From Eledone cirrhosa (Eukaryota), in assembly GCA_964016885.1 (NCBI GenBank), contig OZ024748.1:31434001-31498000 (forward strand): a DNA stretch of 64,000 nucleotides. The letters are read 5' to 3'. Positions within the stretch are counted from its first letter, which is position 1; each line of letters begins with the position of its first letter. The notes beneath the pieces were generated by a model that ran no database searches, had not been told where the DNA came from, and worked only from the letters and a program-made list of their open reading frames with translations. This document shows, piece after piece, positions 1 to 13,000 of this stretch. Both the position numbers and the translations under genes were made by a program.

Positions 1-22
1 GAGAGTGGGGGGTAGGTGGAGG

Positions 23-54
23 ACGACGTTTCGGGCATAAGCCCTTCTTCAGGT
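23..54 (-). ncRNA. Minimal type I hammerhead ribozyme motif, family A (first of ~110 copies)
   Basis: The reverse complement reads ac CUGAAGA A GGGC UUAU GCCC GAAA CG UC^ gu. It has the catalytic boxes CUGANGA and GAAA, a 4-bp stem II, a palindromic ACGU stem III (dimer type) and a GUC triplet, but only a 2-bp stem I. Predicted cut is between 25 and 24. Confidence 0.8.
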
Positions 55-812
55 GAGAGTTCAAAAGGTGTGTAGGGGAGTGGTGGAGAGACATATAGCG
101 AAAGGAAACGGTGCGAATGAAAAATTAACAAATAAAGACAAACAATTGTAGGAACACAGGCAAAGAATCATATACGGAAAAAAAAGGGGTACGGTAACAA
201 AATCAATCAGAGGTAATGCGTGGAAGGAAAGACAAAGTGTGGGAAGGTGTGTAAAGTTCGGAGAAAGGTCACGGCGGATTAGATCGGGGTTGAGCCGGTT
301 GTTAAGTTAAGTTCCAAGGATGGAGGCCGTGTGAGCGTGTGTTTTGTATAATGAAAAATTGAACAGGGACAGAACAGAGAGGCAGTACGACAAATGTTTA
401 TTAAATTCACGCTCAGGAGAGTGGGGGGTAGGTGGAGGATTTCGTTTCGGGCATAAGCCCTTCTTCAGGTGAGAGTTCAAAAGGTGTGTAGGGGAGTGGT
501 GGAGAGACATATAGCGAAAGGAAACGGTGCGAATGAAAAATTAACAAATAAAGACAAACAATTGTAGGAACACAGACAAAGAATCATATACGGAAAAAAA
601 AGCGGTACGGTAACAAAATCAAACAGAGGTAATGCGTGGAAGGAAAGACAAAGTGTGGGAAGGTGTGTAAAGTTCGGAGAAAGGTCACGGCGGATTAGAT
701 CGGGGTTGAGCCGGTTGTTAAGTTAAGTTCCAAGGATGGAGGCCGTGTGAGCGTGTGTTTTGTATAATGAAAAATTGAACAGGGACAGAACAGAGAGGCA
801 GTACGACAAATG

Positions 813-818
813 TTTATT
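813..818 (-). promoter_or_regulatory. AATAAA polyadenylation-like signal ~40 nt 3' of the hammerhead (repeated in most monomers)
   Basis: tttatt on + reads AATAAA on -, downstream of the HHR at 855-886. An HHR followed by AATAAA is a common layout in Penelope-like pLTRs. Confidence 0.45.
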
Positions 819-3800
819 AAATTCACGCTCAGGAGAGTGGGGGGTAGGTGGAGGACGACGTTTCGGGCATAAGCCCTTCTTCAGGTGAGAGTTCAAAAGG
901 TGTGTAGGGGAGTGGTGGAGAGACATATAGCGAAAGGAAACGGTGCGAATGAAAAATTAACAAATAAAGACAAACAATTGTAGGAACACAGGCAAAGAAT
1001 CATATACGGAAAAAAAGGGGTACGGTAACAAAATCAATCAGAGGTAATGCGTGGAAGGAAAGACAAAGTGTGGGAAGGTGTGTAAAGTTCGGAGAAAGGT
1101 CACGGCGGATTAGATCGGGGTTGAGCCGGTTGTTAAGTTAAGTTCCAAGGATGGAGGCCGTGTGAGCGTGTGTTTTGTATAATGAAAAATTGAACAGGGA
1201 CAGAACAGAGAGGCAGTACGACAAATGTTTATTAAATTCACGCTCAGGAGAGTGGGGGGTAGGTGGAGGATGACGTTTCGGGCATAAGCCCTTCTTCAGG
1301 TGAGAGTTCAAAAGGTGTGTAGGGGAGTGGTGGAGAGACATATAGCGAAAGGAAACGGTGCGAATGAAAAATTAACAAATAAAGACAAACAATTGTAGGA
1401 ACACAGGCAAAGAATCATATACGGAAAAAAAGGGGTACGGTAACAAAATCAAACAGAGGTAATGCGTGGAAGGAAAGACAAAGTGTGGGAAGGTGTGTAA
1501 AGTTCGGAGAAAGGTCACGGCGGATTAGATCGGGGTTGAGCCGGTTGTTAAGTTAAGTTCCAAGGATGGAGGCCGTGTGAGCTTGTGTTTTGTATAATGA
1601 AAAATTGAACAGGGACAGAACAGAGAGGCAGTACGACAAATGTTTATTAAATTCACGCTCAGGAGATTGGGGGGTAGGTGGAGGACGACGTTTCGGGCAT
1701 AAGCCCTTCTTCAGGTGAGAGTTCAAAAAGTGTGTAGGGGAGTGGTGGAGAGACATATAGCAAAAGGAAACGGTGCGAATGAAAAATTAACAAATAAAGA
1801 CAAACAATTGTAGGAACACAGGCAAAGAATCATATACGGAAAAAAAGGGGTACGGTAACAAAATCAAACAGAGGTAATGCGTGGAAGGAAACACAAAGTG
1901 TGGGAAGGTGTGTAAAGTTCGGAGAAAGGTCACGGCGGATTAGATCGGGGTTGAGCCGGTTGTTAAGTTAAGTTCCAAGGATGGAGGCCGTGTGAGCGTG
2001 TGTTTTGTATAATGAAAAATTGAACAGGGACAGAACAGAGAGGCAGTACGACAAATGTTTATTAAATTCACGCTCAGGAGAGTGGGGGGTAGGTGGAGGA
2101 CGACGTTTCGGGCATAAGCCCTTCTTCAGGTGAGAGTTCAAAAGGTGTGTAGGGGAGTGGTGGAGAGACATATAGCGAAAGGAAACGGTGCGAATGAAAA
2201 ATTAACAAATAAAGACAAACAATTGTAGGAACACAGGCAAAGAATCATATACGGAAAAAAAAGCGGTACGGTAACAAAATCAAACAGAGGTAATGCGTGG
2301 AAGGAAAGACAAAGTGTGGGAAGGTGTGTAAAGTTCAGAGAAAGGTCACGGCGGATTAGATCGGGGTTGAGCCGGTTGTTAAGTTAAGTTCCAAGGATGG
2401 AGGCCGTGTGAGCGTGTGTTTTGTATAATGAAAAATTGAACAGGGACAGAACAGAGAGGCAGTACGACAAATGTTTATTAAATTCACGCTCAGGAGAGTG
2501 GGGGGTAGGTGGAGGATGACGTTTCGGGCATAAGCCCTTCTTCAGGTGAGAGTTCAAATGGTGTGTAGGGGAGTGGTGGAGAGACATATAGCGAAAGGAA
2601 ACGGTGCGAACGAAAAATTAACAAATAAAGACAAACAATTGTAGGAACACAGGCAAAGAATCATATACGGAAAAAAAAGGGGTACGGTAACAAAATCAAA
2701 CAGAGGTAATGCGTGGAAGGAAAGACAAAGTGTGGGAAGGTGTGTAAAGTTCGGAGAAAGGTCACGGCGGATTAGATCGGTGTTGAGCCGGTTGTTAAGT
2801 TAAGTTCCAAGGATGGAGGCCGTGTGAGCGTGTGTTTTGTATAATGAAAAATTGAACAGGGACAGAACAGAGAGGCAGTACGACAAATGTTTATTAAATT
2901 CACGCTCAGGAGAGTGGGGGGTAGGTGGAAGACGACGTTTCGGGCATAAGCCCTTCTTCAGGTGAGAGTTCAAAAGGTGTGTAGGGGAGTGGTGGAGAGA
3001 CATATAGCGAAAGGAAACGGTGCGAATGAAAAATTAACAAATAAAGACAAACAATTGTAGGAACACAGTCAAAGAATCATATACGGAAAAAAAGGGGGTA
3101 CGGTAACAAAATCAAACAGAGGTAATGCGTGGAAGGAAAGACAAAGTGTGGGAAGGTGTGTAAAGTTCGGAGAAAGGTCACGGCGGATTAGATCGGGGTT
3201 GAGCCGGTTGTTAAGTTAAGTTCCAAGGATGGAGGCCGTGTGAGCGTGTGTTTTGTATAATGAAAAATTGAACAGGGACAGAACAGAGAGGCAGTACGAC
3301 AAATGTTTATTAAATTCACGCTCGGGAGAGTGGGGGGTAGGTGGAGGACGACGTTTCGGGCATAAGCCCTTCTTCAGGTGAGAGTTCAAAAGGTGTGTAG
3401 GGGAGTGGTGGAGAGACATATAGCGAAAGGAAACGGTGCGAATGAAAAATTAACAAATAAAGACAAACAATTGTAGGAACACAGGCAAAGAATCATATAC
3501 GGAAAAAAAAGGGGTACGGTAACAAAATCAAACAGAGGTAATGAGTGGAAGGAAAGACAAAGTGTGGGAAGGTGTGTAAAGTTCGGAGAAAGGTCACGGC
3601 GGATTAGATCGGGGTTGAGCCGGTTGTTATGTTAAGTTCCAAGGATGGAGGCCGTGTGAGCGTGTGTTTTGTATAATGAAAAATTGAACAGGGACAGAAC
3701 AGAGAGGCAGTACGACAAATGTTTATTAAATTCACGCTCAGGAGAGTGGGGGGTAGGTGGAGGACGACGTTTCGGGCATAAGCCCTTCTTCAGGTGAGAG

Positions 3801-6800
3801 TTCAAAAGGTGTGTGGGGGAGTGGTGGAGAGACATATAGCGAAAGGAAACGGTGCGAATGAAAAATTAACAAATAAAGACAAACAATTGTAGGAACACAG
3901 GCAAAGAATCATATACGGAAAAAAAAGGGGTACGGTAACAAAATCAAACAGAGGTAATGCGTGGAAGGAAAGACAAAGTGTGGGAAGGTGTGTAAAGTTC
4001 GGAGAAAGGTCACGGCGGATTAGATCGGGGTTGAGCCGGTTGTTAAGTTAAGTTCCAAGGATGGAGGCCGTGTGAGCGTGTGTTTTGTATAATGAAAAAT
4101 TGAACAGGGACAGAACAGAGAGGCAGTACGACAAATGTTTATTAAATTCACGCTCAGGAGAGTGGGGGGTAGGTGGAGGACGACGTTTCGGGCATAAGCC
4201 CTTCTTCGGGTGAGAGTTCAAAAGGTGTGTAGGGGAGTGGTGGAGAGACATATAGCGAAAGGAAACGGTGCGAATGAAAAATTAACAAATAAAGACAAAC
4301 AATTGTAGGAACACAGGCAAAGAATCATATACGGAAAAAAAAGCGGTACGGTAACAAAATCAAACAGAGGTAATGCGTGGAAGGAAAGACAAAGTGTGGG
4401 AAGGTGTGTAAAGTTCGGAGAAAGGTCACGGCGGATTAGATCGGGGTTGAGCCGGTTGTTAAGTTAAGTTCCAAGGATGGAGGCCGTGTGAGCGTGTGTT
4501 TTGTATAATGAAAAATTGAACAGGGACAGAACAGAGAGGCAGTACGACAAATGTTTATTAAATTCACGCTCAGGAGAGTGGGGGGTAGGTGGAGGACGAC
4601 GTTTCGGGCATTAGCCCTTCTTCAGGTGAGAGTTCAAAAGGTGTGTAGGGGAGTGGTGGAGAGACATATAGCGAAAGGAAACGGTGCGAATGAAAAATTA
4701 ACAAATAAAGACAAACAATTGTAGGAACACAGGCAAAGAATCATATACGGAAAAAAAGGGGTACGGTAACAAAATCAAACAGAGGTAATGCGTGGAAGGA
4801 AAGACAAAGTGTGGGAAGGTGTGTAAAGTTCGGAGAAAGGTCACGGCGGATTAGATCGGGGTTGAGCCGGTTGTTAAGTTAAGTTCCAAGGATGGAGGCC
4901 GTGTGAGCGTGTGTTTTGTATAATGAAAAATTGAACAGGGACAGAACAGAGAGGCAGTACGACAAATGTTTATTAAATTCACGCTCAGGAGAGTGGGGGG
5001 TAGGTGGAGGACGACGTTTCGGGCATAAGCCCTTCTTCAGGTGAGAGTTCAAAAGGTGTGTAGGGGAGTGGTGGAGAGACATATAGCGAAAGGAAACGGT
5101 GCGAATGAAAAATTAACAAATAAAGACAAACAATTGTAGGAACACAGGCAAAGAATCATATACGGAAAAAAAAGGGGTACGGTAACAAAATCAAACAGAG
5201 GTAATGCGTGGAAGGAAAGACAAAGTGTGGGAAGGTGTGTAAAGTTCGGAGAAAGGTCACGGCGGATTAGATCGGTGTTGAGCCGGTTGTTAAGTTAAGT
5301 TCCAAGGATGGAGGCCGTGTGAGCGTGTGTTTTGTATAATGAAAAATTGAACAGGGACAGAACAGAGAGGCAGTACGACAAATGTTTATTAAATTCACGC
5401 TCAGGAGAGTGGGGGGTAGGTGGAGGACGACGTTTCGGGCATAAGCCCTTCTTCTGGTGAGAGTTCAAAAGGTGTGTAGGGGAGTGGTGGAGAGACATAT
5501 AGCGAAAGGAAACGGTGCGAATGAAAAATTAACAAATAAAGACAAACAATTGTAGGAACACAGGCAAAGAATCATATACGGAAAAAAAGGGGTACGGTAA
5601 CAAAATCAAACAGAGGTAATGCGTGGAAGGAAAGACAAAGTGTGGGAAGGTGTGTAAAGTTCGGAGAAAGGTCACGGCGGATTAGATCGGGGTTGAGCCG
5701 GTTGTTAAGTTAAGTTCCAAGGATGGAGGCCGTGTGAGCGTGTGTTTTGTATAATGAAAAATTGAACAGGGACAGAACAGAGAGGCAGTACGACAAATGT
5801 TTATTAAATTCACGCTCAGGAGAGTGGGGGGTAGGTGGAGGACGACGTTTCGGGCATAAGCCCTTCTTCAGGTGAGAGTTCAAAAGGTGTCTAGGGGAGT
5901 GGTGGAGAGACATATAGCGAAAGGAAACGGTGCGAATGAAAAATTAACAAATAAAGACAAACAATTGTAGGAACACAGGCAAAGAATCATATACGGAAAA
6001 AAAAGCGGTACGGTAACAAAATCAAACAGAGGTAATGCGTGGAAGGAAAGACAAAGTGTGGGAAGGTGTGTAAAGTTCGGAGAAAGGTCACGGCGGATTA
6101 GATCGGGGTTGAGCCGGTTGTTAAGTTAAGTTCCAAGGATGGAGGCCGTGTGAGCGTGTGTTTTGTATAATGAAAAATTGAACAGGGACAGAACAGAGAG
6201 GCAGTACGACAAATGTTTATTAAATTCACGCTCAGGAGAGTGGGGGGTAGGTGGAGGACGACGTTTCGGGCATAAGCCCTTCTTCAGGTGAGAGTTCAAA
6301 AGGTGTGTAGGGGAGTGGTGGAGAGACATATAGCGAAAGGAAACGGTGCGAATGAAAAATTAACAAATAAAGACAAACAATTGTAGGAACACAGGCAAAG
6401 AATCATATACGGGAAAAAAAGGGGTACGGTAACAAAATCAAATAGAGGTAATGCGTGGAAGGAAAGACAAAGTGTGGGAAGGTGTGTAAAGTTCGGAGAA
6501 AGGTCACGGCGGATTAGATCGTTGTTGAGCCGGTTGTTAAGTTAAGTTCCAAGGATGGCGGCCGTGTGAGCGTGTGTTTTGTATAATGAAAAATTGAACA
6601 GGGACAGAACAGAGAGGCAGTACGACAAATGTTTATTAAATTCACGTTCAGGAGAGTGGGGGGTAGGTGGAAGCCGACGTTTCGGGCATAAGCCCTTCTT
6701 CAGGTGAGAGTTCAAAAGGTGTGTAGGGGAGTGGTGGAGAGACATATAGCGAAAGGAAACGGTGCGAATGAAAAATTAACAAATAAAGACAAACAATTGT

Positions 6801-6949
6801 AGGAACACAGGCAAAGAATCATATACGGAAAAAAAAGGGGTACGGTAACAAAATCAAACAGAGGTAATGTGTGGAAGGAAAGACAAAGTGTGGGAAGGTG
6901 TGTAAAGTTCGGAGAAAGGTCACGGCGGATTAGATCGGGGTTGAGCCGG

Positions 6950-7088
6950 TTAAGTTCCAAGGATGGAGGCCGATGGAGGTACGGTAACAAAATCAAACAG
7001 AGGTAATGCGTGGAAGGAAAGACAAAGTGTGGGAAGGTGTGTAAAGTTCGGAGAAAGGTCACGGCGGATTAGATCGGGGTTGAGCCGG
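6950..7088 (-). repeat. 139-bp truncated, ribozyme-less monomer variant (also at ~16652, ~21366, ~23582)
   Basis: Spacing here is 555 = 416+139. The junction gagccggttaagttccaaggatggaggccgatggaggtacgg is identical in all four copies. Confidence 0.95.
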
Positions 7089-10000
7089 TTGTTAAGTTAA
7101 GTTCCAAGGATGGAGGCCGTGTGAGCGTGTGTTTTGTATAATGAAAAATTTAACAGGGACAGAACAGAGAGGCAGTACGACAAATGTTTATTAAATTCAC
7201 GCTCAGGAGAGTGGGGGGTAGGTGGAGGATGACGTTTCGGGCATAAGCCCTTCTTCAGGTGAGAGTTCAAAAGGTGTGTAGGGGAGTGGTGGAGAGACAT
7301 ATAGCGAAAGGAAACGGTGCGAATGAAAAATTAACAAATAAAGACAAACAATTGTAGGAACACAGGCAAAGAATCATATACGGAAAAAAAGGGGTACGGT
7401 AACAAAATCAAACAGAGGTAATGCGTGGAAGGAAAGACAAAGTGTGGGAAGGTGTGTAAAGTTCGGAGAAAGGTCACGGCGGATTAGATCGGTGTTGAGC
7501 CGGTTGTTAAGTTAAGTTCCAAGGATGGAGGCCGTGTGAGCGTGTGTTTTGTATAATGAAAAATTGAACAGGGACAGAACAGAGAGGCAGTACGACAAAT
7601 GTTTATTAAATTCACGCTCAGGAGAGTGGGGGGTAGGTGGAGGACGACGTTTCGGGCATAAGCCCTTCTTCAGGTGAGAGTTCAAAAGGTGCGTAGGTGA
7701 GTGGTGGAGAGACATATAGCGAAAGGAAACGGTGCGAATGAAAAATTAACAAATAAAGACAAACAATTGTAGGAACACAGGCAAAGGATCATATACGGAA
7801 AAAAAAGGGGTACGGTAACAAAATCAAACAGAGGTAATGCGTGGAAGGAAAGACAAAGTGTGGGAAGGTGTGTAAAGTTCGGAGAAAGGTCACGGCGGAT
7901 TAGATCGGGGTTGAGCCGGTTGTTAAGTTAAGTTCCAAGGATGGAGGCCGTGTGAGCGTGTGTTTTGTATAATGAAAAATTGAACAGGGACAGAACAGAG
8001 AGGCAGTACGACAAATGTTTATTAAATTCACGCTCAGGAGAGTGGGGGGTAGGTGGAGGACGACGTTTCGGGCATTAGCCCTTCTTCAGGTGAGAGTTCA
8101 AAAGGTGTGTAGGGGAATGGTGGAGAGACATATAGCGAAAGGAAACGGTGCGAATGAAAAATTAACAAATAAAGACAAACAATTGTAGGAACACAGGCAA
8201 AGAATCATATACGGAAAAAAAGGGGTACGGTAACAAAATCAAACAGAGGTAATGCGTGGAAGGAAAGACAAAGTGTGGGAAGGTGTGTAAAGTTCGGAGA
8301 AAGGTCACGGCGGATTAGATCGGGGTTGAGCCGGTTGTTAAGTTAAGTTCCAAGGATGGAGGCCGTGTGAGCGTGTGTTTTGTATAATGAAAAATTGAAC
8401 AGGGACAGAACAGAGAGGCAGTACGACAAATGTTTATTAAATTCACGCTCAGGAGAGTGGGGGGTAGGTGGAAGACGACGTTTCGCGCATAAGCCCTTCT
8501 TCAGGTGAGAGTTCAAAAGGTGTGTAGGGGAGTGGTGGAGAGACATATAGCGAAAGGAAACAGTGCGAATGAAAAATTAACAAATAAAGACAAACAATTG
8601 TAGGAACACAGGCAAAGAATCATATACGGAAAAAAAAGGGGTACGGTAACAAAATCAAACAGAGGTAATGCGTGGAAGGAAAGACAAAGTGTGGGAAGGT
8701 GTGTAAAGTTCGGAGAAAGGTCACGGCGGATTAGATCGGGGTTGAGCCGGTTTTTAAGTTAAGTTCCAAGGATGGAGGCCGTGTGAGCGTGTGTTTTGTA
8801 TAATGAAAAATTGAACAGGGACAGAACAGAGAGGCAGTACGACAAATGTTTATTAAATTCACGCTCAGGAGAGTGGGGGGTAGGTGGAGGACGACGTTTC
8901 GGGCATAAGTCCTTCTTCTGGTGAGAGTTCAAAAGGTGTGTAGGGGAGTGGTGGAGAGACATATAGCGAAAGGAAACGGTGCGAATGAAAAATTAACAAA
9001 TAAAGACAAACAATTGTAGGAACACAGGCAAAGAATCATATACGGAAAAAAAAGGGGTACGGTAACAAAATCAAACAGAGGTAATGCGTGGAAGGAAAGA
9101 CAAAGTGTGGGAAGGTGTGTAAAGTTCGGAGAAAGTTCACGGCGGATTAGATCGGGGTTGAGCCGGTTGTTAAGTTAAGTTCCAAGGATGGAGGCCGTGT
9201 GAGCGTGTGTTTTGTATAATGAAAAATTGAACAGGGACAGAACAGAGAGGCAGTACGACAAATGTTTATTAAATTCACGCTCAGGAGAGTGGGGGGTAGG
9301 TGGAGGATGACGTTTCGGGCATAAGCCCTTCTTCAGGTGAGAGTTCAAAAGGTGTGTAGGGGAGTGGTGGAGAGACATATAGCGAAAGGAAACGGTGCGA
9401 ATGAAAAATTAACAAATAAAGACAAACAATTGTAGGAACACAGGCAAAGAATCATATACGGAAAAAAAGGGGTACGGTAACAAAATCAAACAGAGGTAAT
9501 GCGTGGAAGGAAAGACAAAGTGTGGGAAGGTGTGTAAAGTTCGGAGAAAGGTCACGGCGGATTAGATCGGGGTTGAGCCGGTTGTTAAGTTAAGTTCCAA
9601 GGATGGAGGCCGTGTGAGCTTGTGTTTTGTATAATGAAAAATTGAACAGGGACAGAACAGAGAGGCAGTACGACAAATGTTTATTAAATTGACGCTCAGG
9701 AGAGTGGGGGGTAGGTGGAGGACGACGTTTCGGGCATAAGCCCTTCTTCAGGTGAGAGTTCAAAAGGTGTGTAGGGGAGTGGTGGAGAGACATATAGCGA
9801 AAGGAAACGGTGCGAATGAAAAATTAACAAATAAAGACAAACAATTGTAGGAACACAGGCACAGAATCATATACGGAAAAAAAGGGGTACGGTAACAAAA
9901 TCAAACAGAGGTAATGCGTGGAAGGAGACACAAAGTGTGGGAAGGTGTGTAAAGTTCGGAGAAAGGTCACGGCGGATTAGATCGGGGTTGAGCCGGTTGT

Positions 10001-13000
10001 TAAGTTAAGTTCCAAGGATGGAGGCCGTGTGAGCGTGTGTTTTGTATAATGAAAAATTGAACAGGGACAGAACAGAGAGGCAGTACGACAAATGTTTATT
10101 AAATTCACGCTCAGGAGAGTGGGGGGGTAGGTGGAGGACGACGTTTCGGGCATAAGCCCTTCTTCAGGTGAGAGTTCAAAAGGTGTGTAGGGGAGTGGTG
10201 GAGAGACATATAGCGAAAGGAAACGGTGCGAATGAAAAATTAACAAATAAAGACAAACAATTGTAGGAACACAGGCAAAGAATCATATACGGAAAAAAAA
10301 GGGGTACGGTAACAAAATCAAACAGAGGTAATGAGTGGAAGGAAAGACAAAGTGTGGGAAGGTGTGTAAAGTTCGGAGAAAGGTCACGGCGGATTAGATC
10401 GGGGTTGAGCCGGTTGTTAAGTTAAGTTCCAAGGATGGAGGCCGTGTGAGCGTGTGTTTTGTATAATGAAAAATTGAACAGGGACAGAACAGAGAGGCAG
10501 TACGACAAATGTTTATTAAATTCACGCTCAGGAGAGTGGGGGGTAGGTGGAGGACGACGTTTCGGGCATAAGCCCTTCTTCAGGTGAGAGTTCAAAAGGT
10601 GTGTAGGGGAGTGGTGGAGAGACATATAGCGAAAGGAAACGGTGCGAATGAAAAATTAACAAATAAAGACAAACAATTGTAGGAACACAGGCAAAGAATC
10701 ATATACGGAAAAAAAAGCGGTACGGTAACAAAATCAAACAGAGGTAATGCGTGGAAGGAAAGACAAAGTGTGGGAAGGTGTGTAAAGTTCGGAGAAAGGT
10801 CACGGCGGATTAGATCGGGGTTGAGCCGGTTGTTAAGTTAAGTTCCAAGGATGGAGGCCGTGTGAGCGTGTGTTTTGTATAATGAAAAATTGAACAGGGA
10901 CAGAACAGAGAGGCAGTACGACAAATGTTTATTAAATTCACGCTCAGGAGAGTGGGGGGTAGGTGGAGGACGACGTTTCGGGCATAAGCCCTTCTTCAGG
11001 TGAGAGTTCAAAAGGTGTGTAGGGGAGTGGTGGAGAGACATATAGCGAAAGGAAACGGTGCGAATGAAAAATTAACAAATAAAGACAAACAATTGTAGGA
11101 ACACAGGCAAAGAATCATATACGGAAAAAAAAGGGGTACGGTAACAAAATCAAACAGAGGTAATGCGTGGAAGGAAAGACAAAGTGTGGGAAGGTGTGTA
11201 AAGTTCGGAGAAAGGTCACGGCGGATTAGATCGGTGTTGAGCCGGTTGTTAAGTTAAGTTCCTAAGGATGGAGGCCGTGTGAGCGTGTGTTTTGTATAAT
11301 GAAAAATTGAACAGGGACAGAACAGAGAGGCAGTACGACAAATGTTTATTAAATTCACGATCAGGAGAGTGGGGGGTAGGTGGAGGATGACGTTTCGGGC
11401 ATAAGCCCTTCTTCAGGTGAGAGTTCAAATGGTGTGTAGGGGAGTGGTGGAGAGACATATAGCGAAAGGAAACGGTGCGAATGAAAAATTAACAAATAAA
11501 GACAAACAATTGTAGGAACACAGGCAAAGAATCATATACGGAAAAAAAAGGGGTACGGTAACAAAATCAAACAGAGGTAATGCGTGGAAGGAAAGACAAA
11601 GTGTGGGAAGGTGTGTAAAGTTCGGAGAAAGGTCACGGCGGATTAGATCGGTGTTGAGCCGGTTGTTAAGTTAAGTTCCAAGGATGGAGGCCGTGTGAGC
11701 GTGTGTTTTGTATAATGAAAAATTGAACAGGGACAGAACAGATAGGCAGTACGACAAATGTTTATTAAATTCACGCTCAGGAGAGTGGGGGGTAGGTGGA
11801 AGACGACGTTTCGGGCATAAGCCCTTCTTCAGGTGAGAGTTCAAAAGGTGTGTAGGGGAGTGGTGGAGAGACATATAGCGAAAGGAAACGGTGCGAATGA
11901 AAAATTAACAAATAAAGACAAACAATTGTAGGAACACAGTCAAAGAATCATATACGGAAAAAAAGGGGGTACGGTAACAAAATCAAACAGAGGTAATGCG
12001 TGGAAGGAAAGACAAAGTGTGGGAAGGTGTGTAAAGTTCGGAGAAAGGTCACGGCGGATTAGATCGGGGTTGAGCCGGTTGTTAAGTTAAGTTCCAAGGA
12101 CGGAGGCCGTGTGAGCGTGTGTTTTGTATAATGAAAAATTGAACAGGGACAGAACAGAGAGGCAGTACGACAAATGTTTATTAAATTCACGCTCGGGAGA
12201 GTGGGGGGTAGGTGGAGGACGACGTTTCGGGCATAAGCCCTTCTTCAGGTGAGAGTTCAAAAGGTGTGTAGGGGAGTGGTGGAGAGACATATAGCGAAAG
12301 GAAACGGTGCGAATGAAAAATTAACAAATAAAGACAAACAATTGTAGGAACACAGGCAAAGAATCATATACGGAAAAAAAAGGGGTACGGTAACAAAATC
12401 AAACAGAGGTAATGAGTGGAAGGAAAGACAAAGTGTGGGAAGGTGTGTAAAGTTCGGAGAAAGGTCACGGCGGATTAGATCGGGGTTGAGCCGGTTGTTA
12501 AGTTAAGTTCCAAGGATGGAGGCCGTGTGAGCGTGTGTTTTGTATAATGAAAAATTGAACAGGGACAGAACAGAGAGGCAGTACGACAAATGTTTATTAA
12601 ATTCACGCTCAGGAGAGTGGGGGGTAGGTGGAGGACGACGTTTCGGGCATAAGCCCTTCTTCAGGTGAGAGTTCAAAAGGTGTGTGGGGGAGTGGTGGAG
12701 AGACATATAGCGAAAGGAAACGGTGCGAATGAAAAATTAACAAATAAAGACAAACAATTGTAGGAACACAGGCAAAGAATCATATACGGAAAAAAAAGGG
12801 GTACGGTAACAAAATCAAACAGAGGTAATGCGTGGAAGGAAAGACAAAGTGTGGGAAGGTGTGTAAAGTTCGGAGAAAGGTCACGGCGGATTAGATCGGG
12901 GTTGAGCCGGTTGTTAAGTTAAGTTCCAAGGATGGAGGCCGTGTGAGCGTGTGTTTTGTATAATGAAAAATTGAACAGGGACAGAACAGAGAGGCAGTAC

